64,000 nucleotides of DNA from Heterodontus francisci (Eukaryota): assembly GCF_036365525.1 (NCBI RefSeq), contig NW_027140453.1, forward strand, positions 186,001-250,000. The letters are read 5' to 3'. Numbering within the stretch: the stretch's first letter is position 1; every line of letters starts with the position of its first letter. A model generated the notes under the pieces. It saw nothing but the letters and a program-made list of their open reading frames with translations. It ran no database searches and was not told the origin of the DNA. Made by a program: the position numbers and the translations under genes. Below, one piece after another: positions 26,225 through 39,483 of this stretch.

Positions 26225-27815
26225 CATAGAAGGTTTAAGGCACAGAAAGAGGCCACTTGGCCCATCACATCAGTGCCGGCCGAAAAACGATCCACCTATT
26301 CTAATCACACCTTCCAGCATTTGGTCCGTAGCCCTGCAGATTACAGCACTTGAGGTGCAAATCCAGACTCCTTTTGAATGAGTTGAGGGTCTCTGCCTCA
26401 ACTACCCTTTCAGGCAGTGAGTTCCAGACCATCACCACCCTCTGGGTGAAAAATGATTTTCCTTATCTCCCCTCTAATTCTTCTACCAATCACTTTAAAT
26501 CTATGGTCCCTCATCACTGACCTCTCTGCCAAGGTGAATAGACCCTTCACATCCACTCTATCCAGGCCCCTTCAATATTTTGTACATTTCAATCAGATCT
26601 CCCCGCAGCTTTCTCTGTTCCAAGGAGAACAACCCCGGCCTATCCAATCTTTCCTCATAGCTGCATTTTCAGTTCGGGAAACATGCTTGTTAATCTCCTT
26701 TGTAACCTCTCTAGTGCAATTACATTCTTTCTGTAATGAGGTGACCAGAACTTCACACATACTCAAGTTGTGGCCTAACCAATGAGTTATGCAGTTCCAG
26801 CATAACCTCACCGCTCTTGTATTCTATACCTCAGCTAATGAAGGAAAGGATTCCATATGCCTTCTTAACCACCTTATCGACCTGTCCTGTTACCTTCAGG
26901 GATCTGTAGACATTCACTGCAAGGTCCCTCACTTCCTCTGCACTTCTCAGTATTTTCCCATTAATCGTGTATTCCTTTGCCTTGTTTGACCTCCCCAAAT
27001 GTATCACCTCACACCTCTCCAAGTTGGATTCCATTTGCCACTGTTCTGCCCATCTGACAAGACCATCAATATCTTCCTGCAGCCTACACCAATCCTCCTC
27101 GCGATCTACCACAGGGCTAATCCTTGTGTTGTCTACATACATTTGGATTATGCCCCCCTACATTTACATCCAAATCGTTAATAAATACCACAAAAAGCAG
27201 GGAACCCAGTGCTGAGCCCTGTGCAACGCCACTGGGAACAGCCCTCCAGTCGCTAAAACACCCATCAACAATTACCCTTTGTTTCCTGGCACTGAGCCAA
27301 TTTTGTATCCACCTTGCTGCATTTCCCTGGATCCCATGGGATTTTGTTTTTTTTTGAACCAGTCTGCCATGTGCAGCCTTTTCAAAAGCCTTGCTAAAAT
27401 CCAGGTAGACCACGTCAACTGCACTACCCTCATCTATCTTCCTTGTTACTTCTTCAAAAAATTCGATCAAATTGATCAAACAAGAACGTCCCTTAACAAA
27501 TCTATGCTGACTATCCTGGATTAATCTGTGCCTTTCTAAGTGACAGTTTATCCTGTCTCCCAGAATAGATTGCAATACTTTGCTCATTACGGAGGTCAGA
27601 CTGACTGGCCTGTAATTAGTCAGTCTATCCTTCCCTCCCTTTTTAAACGGAGGCACAACGTTAACAATTCTCCAATCCTCCGGCGCCACACCTGTGAGGA
27701 CTGCAAAAAGATGGTCAGACCCTCTGCTATTTCTTCTCTTGCTTCTATTTGCAGCCTAGGATTCATTTCATCCTGCCCTGGTGATTTATCAACTTTCAAG
27801 GATGCTAATCCCATT
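26225..27815 (-). mobile_element. CR1 LINE RT region, ~1.6 kb
   Basis: EDWRIVNVVP.FKKG..NYRPVSLTSV...YLDFSKAF...GVAQGSALGSLLFVVFINDLD. Confidence 0.93.
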
Positions 27816-27889
27816 AATGTTTCCTCCCTCAGCTTCGCTCCCTTAAACCCAGAGCAACCAGCAGAAAGTGTCTTAGATCCGCCGCAAAC

Positions 27890-27936
27890 ATGCCATTCAA
27901 TTTCATCGACGTTTGCTATTTTCCTTCTGTCGCTGA
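27890..27936 (+). pseudogene. Orphan, frameshifted V leader exon with partial intron; no V exon
   Basis: Homologous to the leader at 28975 but with a 1-nt insertion; intron homology stops near 28230. Confidence 0.8.
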
Positions 27937-28345
27937 GTATGTTTAAATTCTGTCACAATCACTGTTTTACATTTGATCAACTGATTAATGATCTCAACAA
28001 GACTGTGCGGCGGTGACTTGTGAAATCAGCAATCAATTATTGAATATAAGACAGTGAACTCATTAATCTGTTCCCCCTTTTTTGGCAACAAAATTGTTAA
28101 GAATATACTGTTAACCATATAACATCTACACCCACTTTTACTCATGTAGATTTCACTATTCTGCTTTACATCTGTACAGATACTGGCAGGAAATTAGGAC
28201 AAAGACTGAATTTGTATCGTTAATTCTGCGGGTAATAATCCTCTGCAGGAGAGGATGAAACACTGAGAAGGAGGATGAATTTCGGGAAGTGACTTGAAGA
28301 AGCCCACAGCATGGGTTTCACTGGGAAAGTAACAAACACAGCTTG

Positions 28346-28393
28346 TTGCAGTTGCACCATGCTGCCACTGGTCGGCGCAGTGGCTCCACTATA
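28346..28393 (+). promoter_or_regulatory. CTCF-type element upstream of V
   Basis: TTGCAGTTGC-accatgct-GCCACTGGTCGGCGCA-gtgg-CTCCAC. Confidence 0.5.
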
Positions 28394-28974
28394 TTTCGCG
28401 CCACCACAGGCTTTGGCGCCGCTGATCAATGAGTCAATTCCTCTGCTTCTGCAATCTTTTCACTTTAAAGGCTAAATGCAGTTAGATTGCCACTTTACAG
28501 TGATGTTATATGAGCCGCTGCCATCGAACTATCCACCTTCTCTTCCTCCACTACTGATTTTCATTTGCAAAAGGATGTTAATAATCCCCTGTTGTGCACC
28601 ATAAGCTCTGGAGTCACTCAAAGCAGTTATCGTTGAACCGCCCCTTGTTTTTTTCACCTACCCTCTCCAACACCTCGCTACCTTCAGAATTTCCCTCGCC
28701 GCAGCATGAAAGCAAGCTCACAAAGGGACGGGAATGAAGATATTGGCAGCAGAGTAGAAAGTGGGGTGGAAGGAGGGAAATGGAGAGAAGAAACAAGTGG
28801 AAAGGGGTGGAAGGAAGCAAACAAAAGAATGGGGGACAACTTAAAGGTAGGGGCGGGGATCATTGCCTTGAGATAACTTCCTCCTATGACGGTCCGCTCT
28901 GCCTACACCTCATCTCTCTCCCTCCCTTAAAACCCAGAGTAACCAGCAGAAAGTCTCTCAGATCCACCGCAAAC

Positions 28975-29680
28975 ATGCCTTTCAGTTTCATCGTCTTTGC
29001 TATTTCCCTTCTGGCGCTGAGTAGGTTAAAATTCTGTTCCAATCACTCTTCTACATTTGTTTAACTGAAAGGGATGATTAATGATCTCAATAAAACTGTG
29101 AAATTCAGCAATCAATCATTTAATATAAGATAGTGAACTCTATCCCCTAGTCCCCTAGTTTGGGAAGATGATGTTAACTCTTTAATGTTTGCACCCACTT
29201 GCAAGCTTGTGGATTCCACAATTCTATTTTACAGTTGTAAAGATCCAGGTTCTTGTAGGAAATTAGGACACAGACCGAATTTCCGTCATTAATTTGGTGC
29301 AACACCGACGTCCATCGTCTCAATTGTAACTCCATCGATACTAGTTCATTCCCTCTAATTTCTCTTTCTAGGTGTTTGCCGGGGTGATGTGATACATCAA
29401 TGGCCTCAGTCACTGGCTGTTAAACAACCAGGACCCGTGGAAATGAACTGTCTGCAGATAGCAAAGATTCGCAACTCCATGGACTGGTATCGTCAGTCCC
29501 CCGGCAGAGGATTCCTGTTAATCGGGTTTAACTTTCTAAGCAATGAACCTCAGTATGAAGATGGTTTTAAGAGCGGGTTTGTTATTACCAGGACTCTGGA
29601 CAATAAGAAATCCACTCTGACGATCGAGAGTGTGAACGCCACGGACGAGGCGGTGTATTTCTGTGCAGCTGGTGATGGGA
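28975..29680 (+). CDS. TRBV: TCR beta V segment, CAAGDG family (leader 28975-29020, V exon 29372-29680)
   Basis: Leader MPFSFIVFAISLLAL; DVIHQWP...EMNC...WYRQSPGRG...DEAVYFCAAGDG; 23-RSS follows. Confidence 0.92.
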
Positions 29681-29719
29681 CACAGCGGTTCAGAGTCATT
29701 GGCCGCCTTGACAAAAACC
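29681..29719 (+). other. 23-RSS
   Basis: CACAGCG-23 bp-ACAAAAACC. Confidence 0.93.
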
Positions 29720-31773
29720 CTCACATGTCTCCCTTCAAACGGGTGCATTTAACCCAGCATTCGGTGTAGAGGAGCTCTGGGTGAGGGATGCGGATCTGCA
29801 TCTGTTCAGTGCCCGTTCGAGTCGCAGAACGCCCATGTTCTAACTCCCCACAACCTCCAGACAGGCAACACACACTGTCTGTGCCCACACCTGAATAATG
29901 GCCCTTTGAAATACAATTCAACCCGAACCTCAGATAGACCACACCTGGACAATTATGCACACTGGGCACAATTCTCAGCCCGATATGCCTTGTGTAGATG
30001 ACGCCTGAAGTGCTGAGGACAGTTCAGACTTACAAATACCTTACTTAGAGCGCTTCTGGAACCCTGTGTACAGTTCTGGTCTTCATCGACCTTGGTTGGT
30101 CCAAATCTGCAGTGCTGTGCGGAGTGCTGGTCTCCATATTACACTGAGAGGTACGAGCAGAAGTGCAAAATGATTTACAAGAATGATACCAGAGCACAAA
30201 GGTTATAACTATCAGGAAAGATAGAAAAGTCTGGGATTCTTGTCCCCAGTCAAGAGAAGGCTGAGGGGTGACCTGATAGAGGTGTTCAAGATTATGAAGG
30301 AATATGATAGGGTAGAGGTGAGAAGATGTCTGCACTTGTAGGGAAGGCCAGGAATACATCATACTCACTAATAACTCCCAGAAATGAATTTATACAGAGT
30401 GGTGAGAATGTGGAATTCGGTGGCACACAGAAAAAAATGATGTGTATAACCAGATATATGTAAATGGATGCTGGATAAAAACATTAGGGAGCAGGAAATA
30501 GCACGTCATACTGATAGGGATGGATGAAGACATTGTTTATGTTCTTTCATCAGATGTGGGAATAAAATGTGAGAATAAGCTAACCAGCAATATAAACACA
30601 GATGGTAGGAGCTTTTACATAGAAAGCAAGAGAGTAGCTAAAGTTGACGTTGGTCCCTTAGAGGTAAAGACAGGAGAAATCACCATGGGGAATGGGGAAA
30701 TGGCAGTGGAATTGAACTAATATTTTGTACCTGTCTTCACAGTAGAAGACACAAGTTCCAGACCAGAAATAGGCAGTAATCTGGGGCCTAAAAAGAGTGA
30801 GGAAATTAAGGATATTCATATCAATTGAGAAAATTTCTTGGAGAAACTCGAGGGATTAAAATCTGACAAGTCCCCTGGACCAGATGGATTACATCCTAGA
30901 GTTCTAAAAGAGATAGCTGCAGAGAGAGTGGAGGCGCTGGCTATGATTTTCCAGAATTCCTTAGATTCAGGAATGGTCCCATCGGATTGAAAGCTGACAA
31001 ATGTTACACGGCTTTTCATGAAATAAGGCAGCGAGAAATCTCAGGATAAGGGATCAATCATTCCGGACTGAGATGAGGAGAAATGACTTCACTCAAAGGG
31101 TTGTGAAACATTGGAATTCTCTATCCCAGAGTGTTGTGGATGGTCCTTCATTGAATACATTTAAGGATGGGAGTTTTGATCCCTCAGGAAATCAAGGGAT
31201 ATGGGGAGCAGGCAGGAAAGTGGAATTGAAGCCCAAGATCAGCCATGATTGTATTGAATGATGGAGCAGGCTCGATGGGATATATGATCTACACCTGCTC
31301 CTATTTCTTGTGTTCTGTGGGTCTCAAGTCACATGTAGGTCAGACCAGGTAAGGACGGTGGATTTCCTTCACTAAAAGACATGAGTGAGCCAGCTGGGTG
31401 ACAGGGCCCCTTAACTGAGACTAGCTTTCAATTGCAGATTTTCTGATGAAATAATTAAATTTATTCATTAATTGAATTTAAATTCCACCATCTGACCTGG
31501 TGGGATTCGAACGCATGTCGCCTGGAGATTAGCCCCATCCTCTGGATTACCAGCTCAGTGACATGACAAGTACACCGCCATCTGCCCCAGGCTAGTCTGG
31601 AACATGGTCCCATCGGGCCGAATAGCCTGAATCTGTGCTGCATCTTCTATCTAATTCGATGTCACTAGCGTCACCAGCCGAAGCAATGGATAAAAAATGG
31701 GAAGACGGAGCAATTTCAAAGCATGTCTTCATAATGCCTATTTTATCAATTGCACTGTGCAAACCACAGGTGC

Positions 31774-31821
31774 CTGTAGTTACACATGACAGCCACGAGG
31801 TGGAGATGGAGCTCCACCGCA
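31774..31821 (+). promoter_or_regulatory. CTCF-type element (duplicate at 37946-37993)
   Basis: CTGTAGTTAC-acatgaca-GCCACGAGGTGGAGAT-ggag-CTCCAC. Confidence 0.5.
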
Positions 31822-32224
31822 GCCTGAGTCCCACTTGCTTCTGTAAAGACTGAGCGAGCAATGCAGCAGTGACTTGACCAATCTACCCAATAGTCAATTC
31901 CACTAACACTGAAACAGATTAAAATCATAACCATTCCACACAAAATAGACAATTGGATTTCCCCAAGTCTGCTCGTTCATAGTAAATGGTTTGAGCAAAC
32001 ACTTGTGATATACTAAAACAGATGATCGGAAGGAAGTAAAGAGAAGCAAATTCAGAAAACAGTGAAAGAAAAATGGAGAAGGAGGAATTTTATATAAAAA
32101 CACATATTAAGGGATGTGCACATCACTGACAAGGTCAGTATTCATTACCTATGCCGAATTGCCCTGAACTGAATGACTTGCTAGCCCATTTCAGAGGCAG
32201 TTAACAGTGAATTGACATTGCTAT

Positions 32225-32985
32225 CAGGTGATACATTTTCGCAGAAGGGAGACAGAGAGGAAATACAGACTTCATGACACAGGCCTAAAGAGTGTTCAAG
32301 GGCAGAGGGACCTGGGGGTTAATGTGCATAGATCTTTGAAGGTGGCAGGACATATTGAGATAGAGGTTCACGAAGCTTATGGGATCTTGGGATTCATGAA
32401 TAGAGGTATAAAGTACAAAAGCAGGGCAGTTATGCTCAACATATATGAGGTTTTGGTTAGGCCCCAACTTGAGCATCGAGCCCGGTTCTGGTCACCACAC
32501 TTTGGGAAGGATGTAAGGTCCTTGAGAGGGTGCAGAGTCGATCTACCGGGATGGTTCCAGGGATGAGAGATTTTAGCTGCATGGTTAGTTTGGTGAAGCT
32601 GGGGTTGTTCTCCTTGGAGCATAGGAAATTGAGGGGAGATTTGACAGAAGTGTACAAAATGAAGAGAGGTTGCAGAAAATAGACAAAGAAAATCTGTTCC
32701 CATGAGCTGTTGGATACAAGGACTGGGGGACACAGATGTAAGGTTTTGGGAAGAGATACAGGGGCGATGTGAGGAATATCTTGTTTACGCAGCGTGGTGT
32801 AATGATGTGGAACTCACTGCCTACCTGGATGCTGGAAGCAGAGAGAATGAATGATTTCAAAATGTAATTGGATGTGAACTTGGAGAGAAATAAACTTGCT
32901 TGGGGAATGGGACTAATTGGATTGCTGTATAGAGAGCTCACACGGACTCGAAGGGCCGAACGTGCTCCTCCTCTGCTGTTCTGAC
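32225..32985 (+). mobile_element. CR1 LINE 3' end
   Basis: RDLGVNVHRSLKVA...AYGILGFMNRGI...LVRPQLE...FWSPH. Confidence 0.9.
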
Positions 32986-33495
32986 TCTGCCCTCCTCGCA
33001 TTCCTGTTCACATATGCTGTTGCTAATAGAATATTTTAGAATTCGCTGACAGATCTGCAATCGACTCCCAGAATAACTGTGGTTTATTGTAAATCGATGG
33101 CTCTGATCACACGTTTGTAGGCGTTATTTTATTCAGCAACTCCTGCTCTGGGCTCCCCTATACCAACTAATACCTGATCACACCGTGGACCCTACTCAAC
33201 CCATTGAATGAAATAGAAGTAATTCCACTCTTGCCCCACAATTCTTTTGTGGAACGAGGATCTGAGTGAGTTAACAACACTTCAATCTCAGATGACCGTG
33301 GACTGGAAGCTCAACAGTTGAAGCAATCCCCTGCCATGATAACTCACTTCCTCTCCCTTACTTTCAGGCTTGCAATATCCGTGACGCCATTTCCAGTCGT
33401 CTATGTTGCACTTTTTCCCCCATGTCTTCAACAAGAGGCGCCACATTCTTCCCACCTCTCCTGCTGCCAGACCACATCTTGGTTACCTCACCAAG

Positions 33496-34301
33496 ATGGA
33501 ATTAAAACTCCTGCTCTGGGCCTTTTCATTGCTGATGCCGCGTAAGTAACTTCAGAATGCTACTATTGTTTCATTTAACCTGAGTTTCTTTAAGAAATAC
33601 ACTTAATGATCCGTATGTAATATCGTTCATTGATGTTGTCATTGTCCCCTTCATATAGAAACAGACATTGAGTTACTTTGCACTGATATTTGCTTCTATA
33701 ACCGGTGCATGATCTGCCAGACAGGACCTCACTCTTATTCTTAGAAAACTGGAATAAATTACATTTAAAACTAAATTGAGATGAGAAAAGTTGGGGAATG
33801 AACTCATTGCATAGCTTTTTCAAAGAGCTAGCACAGGCCTGCTGGGATGAACGGCCTCCTTCACATGTTGGATGATTGTCTGAGCTCATATTCGATCAGA
33901 AAATGCACTGGGATGCACTGCAGACTTTTCCTGATGTGGCTGCGTTAACTGAATCTTGGACCCTTTCCTTTCTTCCTCCCTTCCCACTACCCTAGATTGT
34001 TGTCGATGTGCCTCAGTGTCCCAGACACCCAGTGAACTGACTGTGGGACATGGGGAGAGCGCAACACTGACCTGTCAGCAGAAGGACACGGAGCACATCA
34101 CCATGCTCTGGTACCGCCAGCACCACGGGCAAGGCCCCCAGCTTCTGGTGACGGACGTGTCTGGGAGCAAGCCTACTTTCCAGGAAGAGTTCGAGAGGCG
34201 ATTCGAGGTGGTGAGAGCTGACATTCAAAGGAGCACTCTGAAAATTCAGACTGCAGGCCCCGGAGATAGGGCGATGTATTACTGCGCCGCCACTGAAGGA
34301 G
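33496..34301 (+). CDS. TRBV: TCR beta V segment, third family (leader 33496-33541, V exon 33996-34301)
   Basis: Leader MELKLLLWAFSLLMP/GTAAGT; ASVSQTP...TLTC...MLWYRQHHGQGPQLL...DRAMYYCAATEG; 23-RSS follows. Confidence 0.92.
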
Positions 34302-34340
34302 CACAATGCTTCAAACCCCTTCCACACTATGACAATAACC
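34302..34340 (+). other. 23-RSS
   Basis: CACAATG-23 bp-ACAATAACC. Confidence 0.88.
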
Positions 34341-34752
34341 ACTCAGGTTCATTGCTACAGCTATCCTCTTCTGTTCATCTCCTCGCCGTCTCGGGGTCTG
34401 ACTTTGTCTGGTTGCCTTTGCGAGTCTACATCTGTATCTTTCAGCTGCCAACCAGCTCTTATAGAGATAAATAGATGGCTCGGTAGCCTGAAAGACAGAG
34501 ATATAAACAGACCAATGGATAGATACATCTTAGTACCTTAGAATATCATCCTGTAACATTTGAATCCATCAGAAATATTACACAATATTGATCATCTGGT
34601 TAACAATTGAAATCAAAATATTGCCAGTTGTCATCGACATTCATAATCGCTGAATTGTTACAGCGCAGGAGGAGGACATTCGGCCCATCGTGTCTGCACT
34701 GGCTCTCCGAAAGAGCAATGGGTTTCACTGGGAAAGTAACAAACACAGCTTG

Positions 34753-34800
34753 TTGCAGTTGCACAATGCTGCCACTGGTCGGCGCTATGGCTCCACGGTA
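34753..34800 (+). promoter_or_regulatory. CTCF-type element upstream of V
   Basis: TTGCAGTTGC-acaatgct-GCCACTGGTCGGCGCT-atgg-CTCCAC. Confidence 0.5.
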
Positions 34801-35372
34801 TTTCGCGCCACCACAGCCTTTGGCGCCGCTGATCAATGAGCCAATTCCTCTGCTTCTGCAATCTTTCCACTTTCAATGCTAAATGCAGTTAGATTTCCAC
34901 TTTACAGTGATGTTACATGAACCGCCTCCGCTGCCATCGAACTATTCACCTTCTCTTCCTCCACTACTGATTTTAATTTGCAAAAGGATGTTAATAATCC
35001 CCTGTTCTGCACCGCTACCTCTGGAGACACCCAAAGCAGCTCTCGTTGCACCGCCCCTTGTATTTTCACCCACCTTCTCCAACACAGTTCCCCTCGCCTC
35101 GGCATGAAAGCAATCTCACAAAGGGAAGAGAGTGAAGATATTTGCAGAGGAGTGGAAAGTGGGGTGGAAGGAGGAAAATGGAGAGAAGAAAAAAGTGGAA
35201 AGGGGCGGAAGGAAGCAAACGAAAGAATGGGGGACAACTTAAAGTTAGGGGCAGGGCTCATTGCCTTGAGATAACTTCCTCTTATGACGATCCGCTCTGC
35301 CGACACCTCATCTCTCTCCCTCCCTTAAAACCCAGAGTAACCAGCAGAAAGTCTCTCAGATCCACCGCAAAC

Positions 35373-36106
35373 ATGCCTTTCAGTTTCATCGTCTTTGTTA
35401 TTTCCCTTCTGGGGCTGAGTAGGTTAAAATTCTGTCCCAATCACTCTTCTACATTTGATCAACTGAAAGGGATGATTAATGATCTTAATAAAACTCAGCG
35501 GTGGTGACTTGTGAAATCAGTAATCGATTATTTCATATCAGACAGTGAACTCATTAATCTGTCCCCTAGTTTGGGAAGACAAGTGTTATTAATATGATGT
35601 TAACTCTTTAATGTTTGCACCCACTTGCAAACTTGTGGATTCCACAATTCTATTTTACATTTGTAAAGATCCAGGTGCTTGTCGGAAATTAGGACACAGA
35701 CCGAATTTCCGTCGTTAATTTGGTGCAACACCAACGTCCATCGTCGCAATTGTAACTCCATCGATACTAGTTCATTCCCTCTAATTTCTCTTTCTAGGTG
35801 TTTGCCGGGGTGATGTGATACATCAATGGCCTCAGTCACTGGCTGTTAAACAACCAGGATCAGTGGAAATGAACTGTCTGCAGAAAGGAAAGATTCGCGA
35901 CTACATGTACTGGTATCGTCAGTCCCCCGGCAGAGGATTCCTGTTAATCGGGTTTAACTATCTAAGCAATGAACCTCAGTATGAAGAGGGTTTTAAGAGC
36001 GGGTTTGTTATTAGCAGGACTCTGGACAATAAGAAATCCACTCTGACGATGGAGAGTGTGAACGCCACGGACGAGGCGGTGTATTTCTGTGCAGCTGGTG
36101 ATGGGA
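35373..36106 (+). CDS. TRBV: TCR beta V segment, CAAGDG family paralogue (leader 35373-35418, V exon 35798-36106)
   Basis: Intact leader, V exon and RSS; 11 nt differences from the 29.4-kb V exon. Confidence 0.92.
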
Positions 36107-36145
36107 CACAGCGGTTCAGAGTCATTGGCCGCCTTGACAAAAACC
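36107..36145 (+). other. 23-RSS
   Basis: CACAGCG-23 bp-ACAAAAACC, identical to 29681-29719. Confidence 0.93.
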
Positions 36146-39100
36146 CTCACACGTCTCCCTTCAAACGGGTGCATTTAACCCAGCATTCGGTGAAGAGCAG
36201 CCCTGGCTGATCGGATGCGGATCTGCATCTGTTCAGTGCCCGTTCGAGTGGCAGAACGCCCATGTTCTAACTCCCCACAACCTCCAGACAGACAACACAC
36301 ACTGTCTCTGCCCACACCTGTATAATGGTTCATCGAACAGCTCTTCAACCCGTACCACGGTTTGACCACACCTGGAGCACTGTGCACAATTCTCAGCTCT
36401 ATATACTTTGTTTAGACGACACCTGAAGTGCTGAGGACAATGCTGAGGGGTGACCTGATAGAGGTGCTCAAGATTATGAAGGAATATGATAGGGTAGAGG
36501 AATAGAAGATGTCTGCACTTGTAGGGAAGGTCATTAATACATCATACTCACTAATAACTCCAAGAAATGAATTTACACAGAGTGGTGAGAATGTGGAATT
36601 CACTAGCACACAGAAATAAATGATGTGTATAACCAGATATATGTAAATGGATGCTGGATAAACACATTAGGGAGCAGGAAATAGCACCTCATACTGATAG
36701 GGCTGGATGAAGACATTGTTTATGTTCTTTTATCGGATGTGGGAATAAAATGTGAGAATAAGCTAACCAGCAATATAAAAACAGATGGTAGGAGCTTTTA
36801 CATAAAAAGTAAGAGAGTAGCTAAAGTTGATGTTGGCCCCTTAGAGGTAAAGACAGGAGAAATTATCATGGGGAATGGGGGAATTGAACTAATATTTTGT
36901 GTCTGTCTTCACAGTTGAAGACACAAGTTCCATCCCAGAAATAGGAAGTTATCTGGGGGCTAAAAAGAGTGAGGAAATTAAGGATTTTCATATCAATTGA
37001 GAAAAAGTGTTCGAGAAATTTGAGGGATGAAAATCTGACAAGTCCCCTGGAGCAGATGGATTACATCCCAGGGTTCTAAAAGAGATAGCTGCAGAGATAG
37101 TGGAGGCACTGGCTATGATTTTCCAGAATTCCTTAGATTCAGGAATGGTGCCATCGGATTGAACGCTGACAAATGTTACACGGCTTTTCAAAAAAGGAGG
37201 TAATGAGAAATCTCAGGACAGGGGATCAATCATTCCGAACTGAGATGAGGAGAAATTGCTTCACTCAAAGCGTTGTGAATCTTTGGAATTCTCTACCCCA
37301 GAGTGTTGTGGATGCTCCTTCATTGAATACATTTAAGGCTGGGATTTCTGATCCCTCAGGAAATCAAGGGATATGGGGAGTAGGCAGGAAAGTGGAATTG
37401 AAGCCCAAGATCAGCCATGATTGTATTGAATGACGGAGCAAGCTCGATGGGATATATGGTCTACACCTGCTCCTATTTCTTGTGTTCTGTGGGTCTGGAG
37501 TCACATGTAGACCAGACCAGGTAAGGAAGGCGGATTCCCTTCCCTAAAAGACATGAGTGAGCCAGCTGGGTGACAGGGCCCCTTAACTGAGACTAGCTTT
37601 CAATTGCAGATTTTCTGATGAAATAATTATATTTATTCATTAATTGAATTTAAATTCCACCATCTGACCTGGTGGGATTCGAACGCATGTCCCCTGGAGA
37701 TTAGCCCCATTCTCTGGATTACCAGCTCAGTGACATGACAAGTACACCACCATCTGCCCCAGGCTAGTCTGGAACATGGTCCCATCGGGCCGAATAGCCT
37801 GAATCCATGCTGCATCTTCTATCTAATTCGATGTCACCAGCGTCACCAGCCGAAGCAATGGATAAAAAATGGGAAGACGGAGCAATTTCAAAGCATGTCT
37901 TCATAATGCCTATTTTATCAATTGCACTTTGCAAATCTCAGGTGCCTGTAGTTACACATGACAGCCACGAGGTGGGGATGGAGCTCCACCGCAGCCTGAG
38001 TCCAACTTGCTTCTGTCAAGACTGACTGAGCAATGCAGCAGTGACTTGACCCATCTACCTAATAGTCAATTCCACTAACTCTGAAACAGATTAAAATCAT
38101 AACCATTCCACACAAAATAGACAACTGGATTTCCCCAAGTCTGCTCGTTCATAGTCACTGGTTTGACCAACACTTGTGATATACAAAAACAGATGATCTG
38201 AAGGAAGTAAAGAGGGGAAGCAAAGTGAGAAAACAGTGAAAGAAAAATGAAGAAGGAGACATTTTATATAAAAACACATATTCAGGGATGCGCACATCAC
38301 TGACAAGGCAAGAATTCATTACCTATGCTGAATTTCCCTTAACTGAATGACTTGCTAGTCCATTTCAGAGGCAGTTAACAGTGAACTACATTGCTATCAG
38401 GTGATGCATTTTGGCAGAAGGGAGACAGAGAGGAAATACTGACTTAATGACACAGGCCTGAAGAGTGTTCAAGGACAGGGGGACCTGGGGCTTAATGTGC
38501 ATAGATCTTTGAAGTTGGCAGGACATATTGAGAGAGAGGTTCGCAAAGCTTATGGGATCTTGGGATTCATGAATAGAGGTATAAAGTACAAAAGCAGGGA
38601 GGGCATGCTCAACATATATGAGGTTCTGGTTGGGCCCCAACTTGTGTACTGAGCCCGGTTCTGGTCACCACACTTGAGGAAGGATGTAGGGTCCTTGAGA
38701 GGGTGCAGAGGAGATTTACTGGAATGGTTCCAGGGATGAGAGAGTTTAGCTGCATGGTTAGGTTGGTGAAGCTGGGGTTGTTCTCCTTGGAGCAAAGGAG
38801 ATTGAGGGGAGATTTGATAGAAGTGTACAAAATGAAGAGAGGTTTAGATAAAGTAGACAAAGAAAAACTGTTCCCATTAGCTGATTGTACAAAGACTAGG
38901 GGACGAAGTGGATAGGAATAAAACAGAGAATAAAAGCTGCGATAAACTGAAATCTGGTGGGGAATTCACGAGAATTCTTTACCCAAAATACAGAATTCAC
39001 TGTCAGCAGAAACTGCTGAGACAAAGACAGGGAAAGGAAGAGGCCATTCAGCCCCTCAAATCTGTACCACCATTCAATGAGATCATGGCTGATCTGTGAT

Positions 39101-39378
39101 CTAACTCCATATTCCCGCCTTTGCCCCATATCCCTGAATATATTTTGGATCACAAAAACCTATTCATCTCCGATTTCAAATTAACAATTGATTCAGCATC
39201 AATTTCCGTGAGCAGAAGAGAGTTCAAACCTCTCCACCCATTGTGTGTAAAAGTGTTTCCTAATTTCACTCCTGAAAGGTCTGGCTCTAATTTTTAGTCT
39301 TTGCCTCTTAGTCCTAGATTCCCAAACCAGCGGTTATAGTTTCTCTCTATCTACTCCCAAAGACTAAATAAATACAAC

Positions 39379-39483
39379 TTCAAACTGGAGACCTCCAGCC
39401 TGCGGGAGAATCACTCGGCCGTGTATTTCTGTGCCTGGAGAGATCACAGTGACTCAGAGAGATGGAGCAGTTCAACAAAAAAA
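39379..39483 (+). pseudogene. TRBV: 3' remnant of a CAW-family V with retained 23-RSS (39445-39483)
   Basis: FKLETSSLRENHSAVYFCAWRD then CACAGTG-23-ACAAAAAAA; the 5' part is replaced by CR1 sequence. Confidence 0.9.

Larger units (their letters stand above)
28311..32731 (+). repeat. ~4.4-kb segmental duplication unit A (copy B 34718-38904)
   Basis: Colinear, roughly 90% identical by eye, including the V gene, CR1 pieces and unique DNA. Confidence 0.93.

Noticed and set aside
31635-31853. 72-aa ORF conserved at 37807-38025
   Set aside because: Explained by the recent duplication; no recognisable domain or splice signals.
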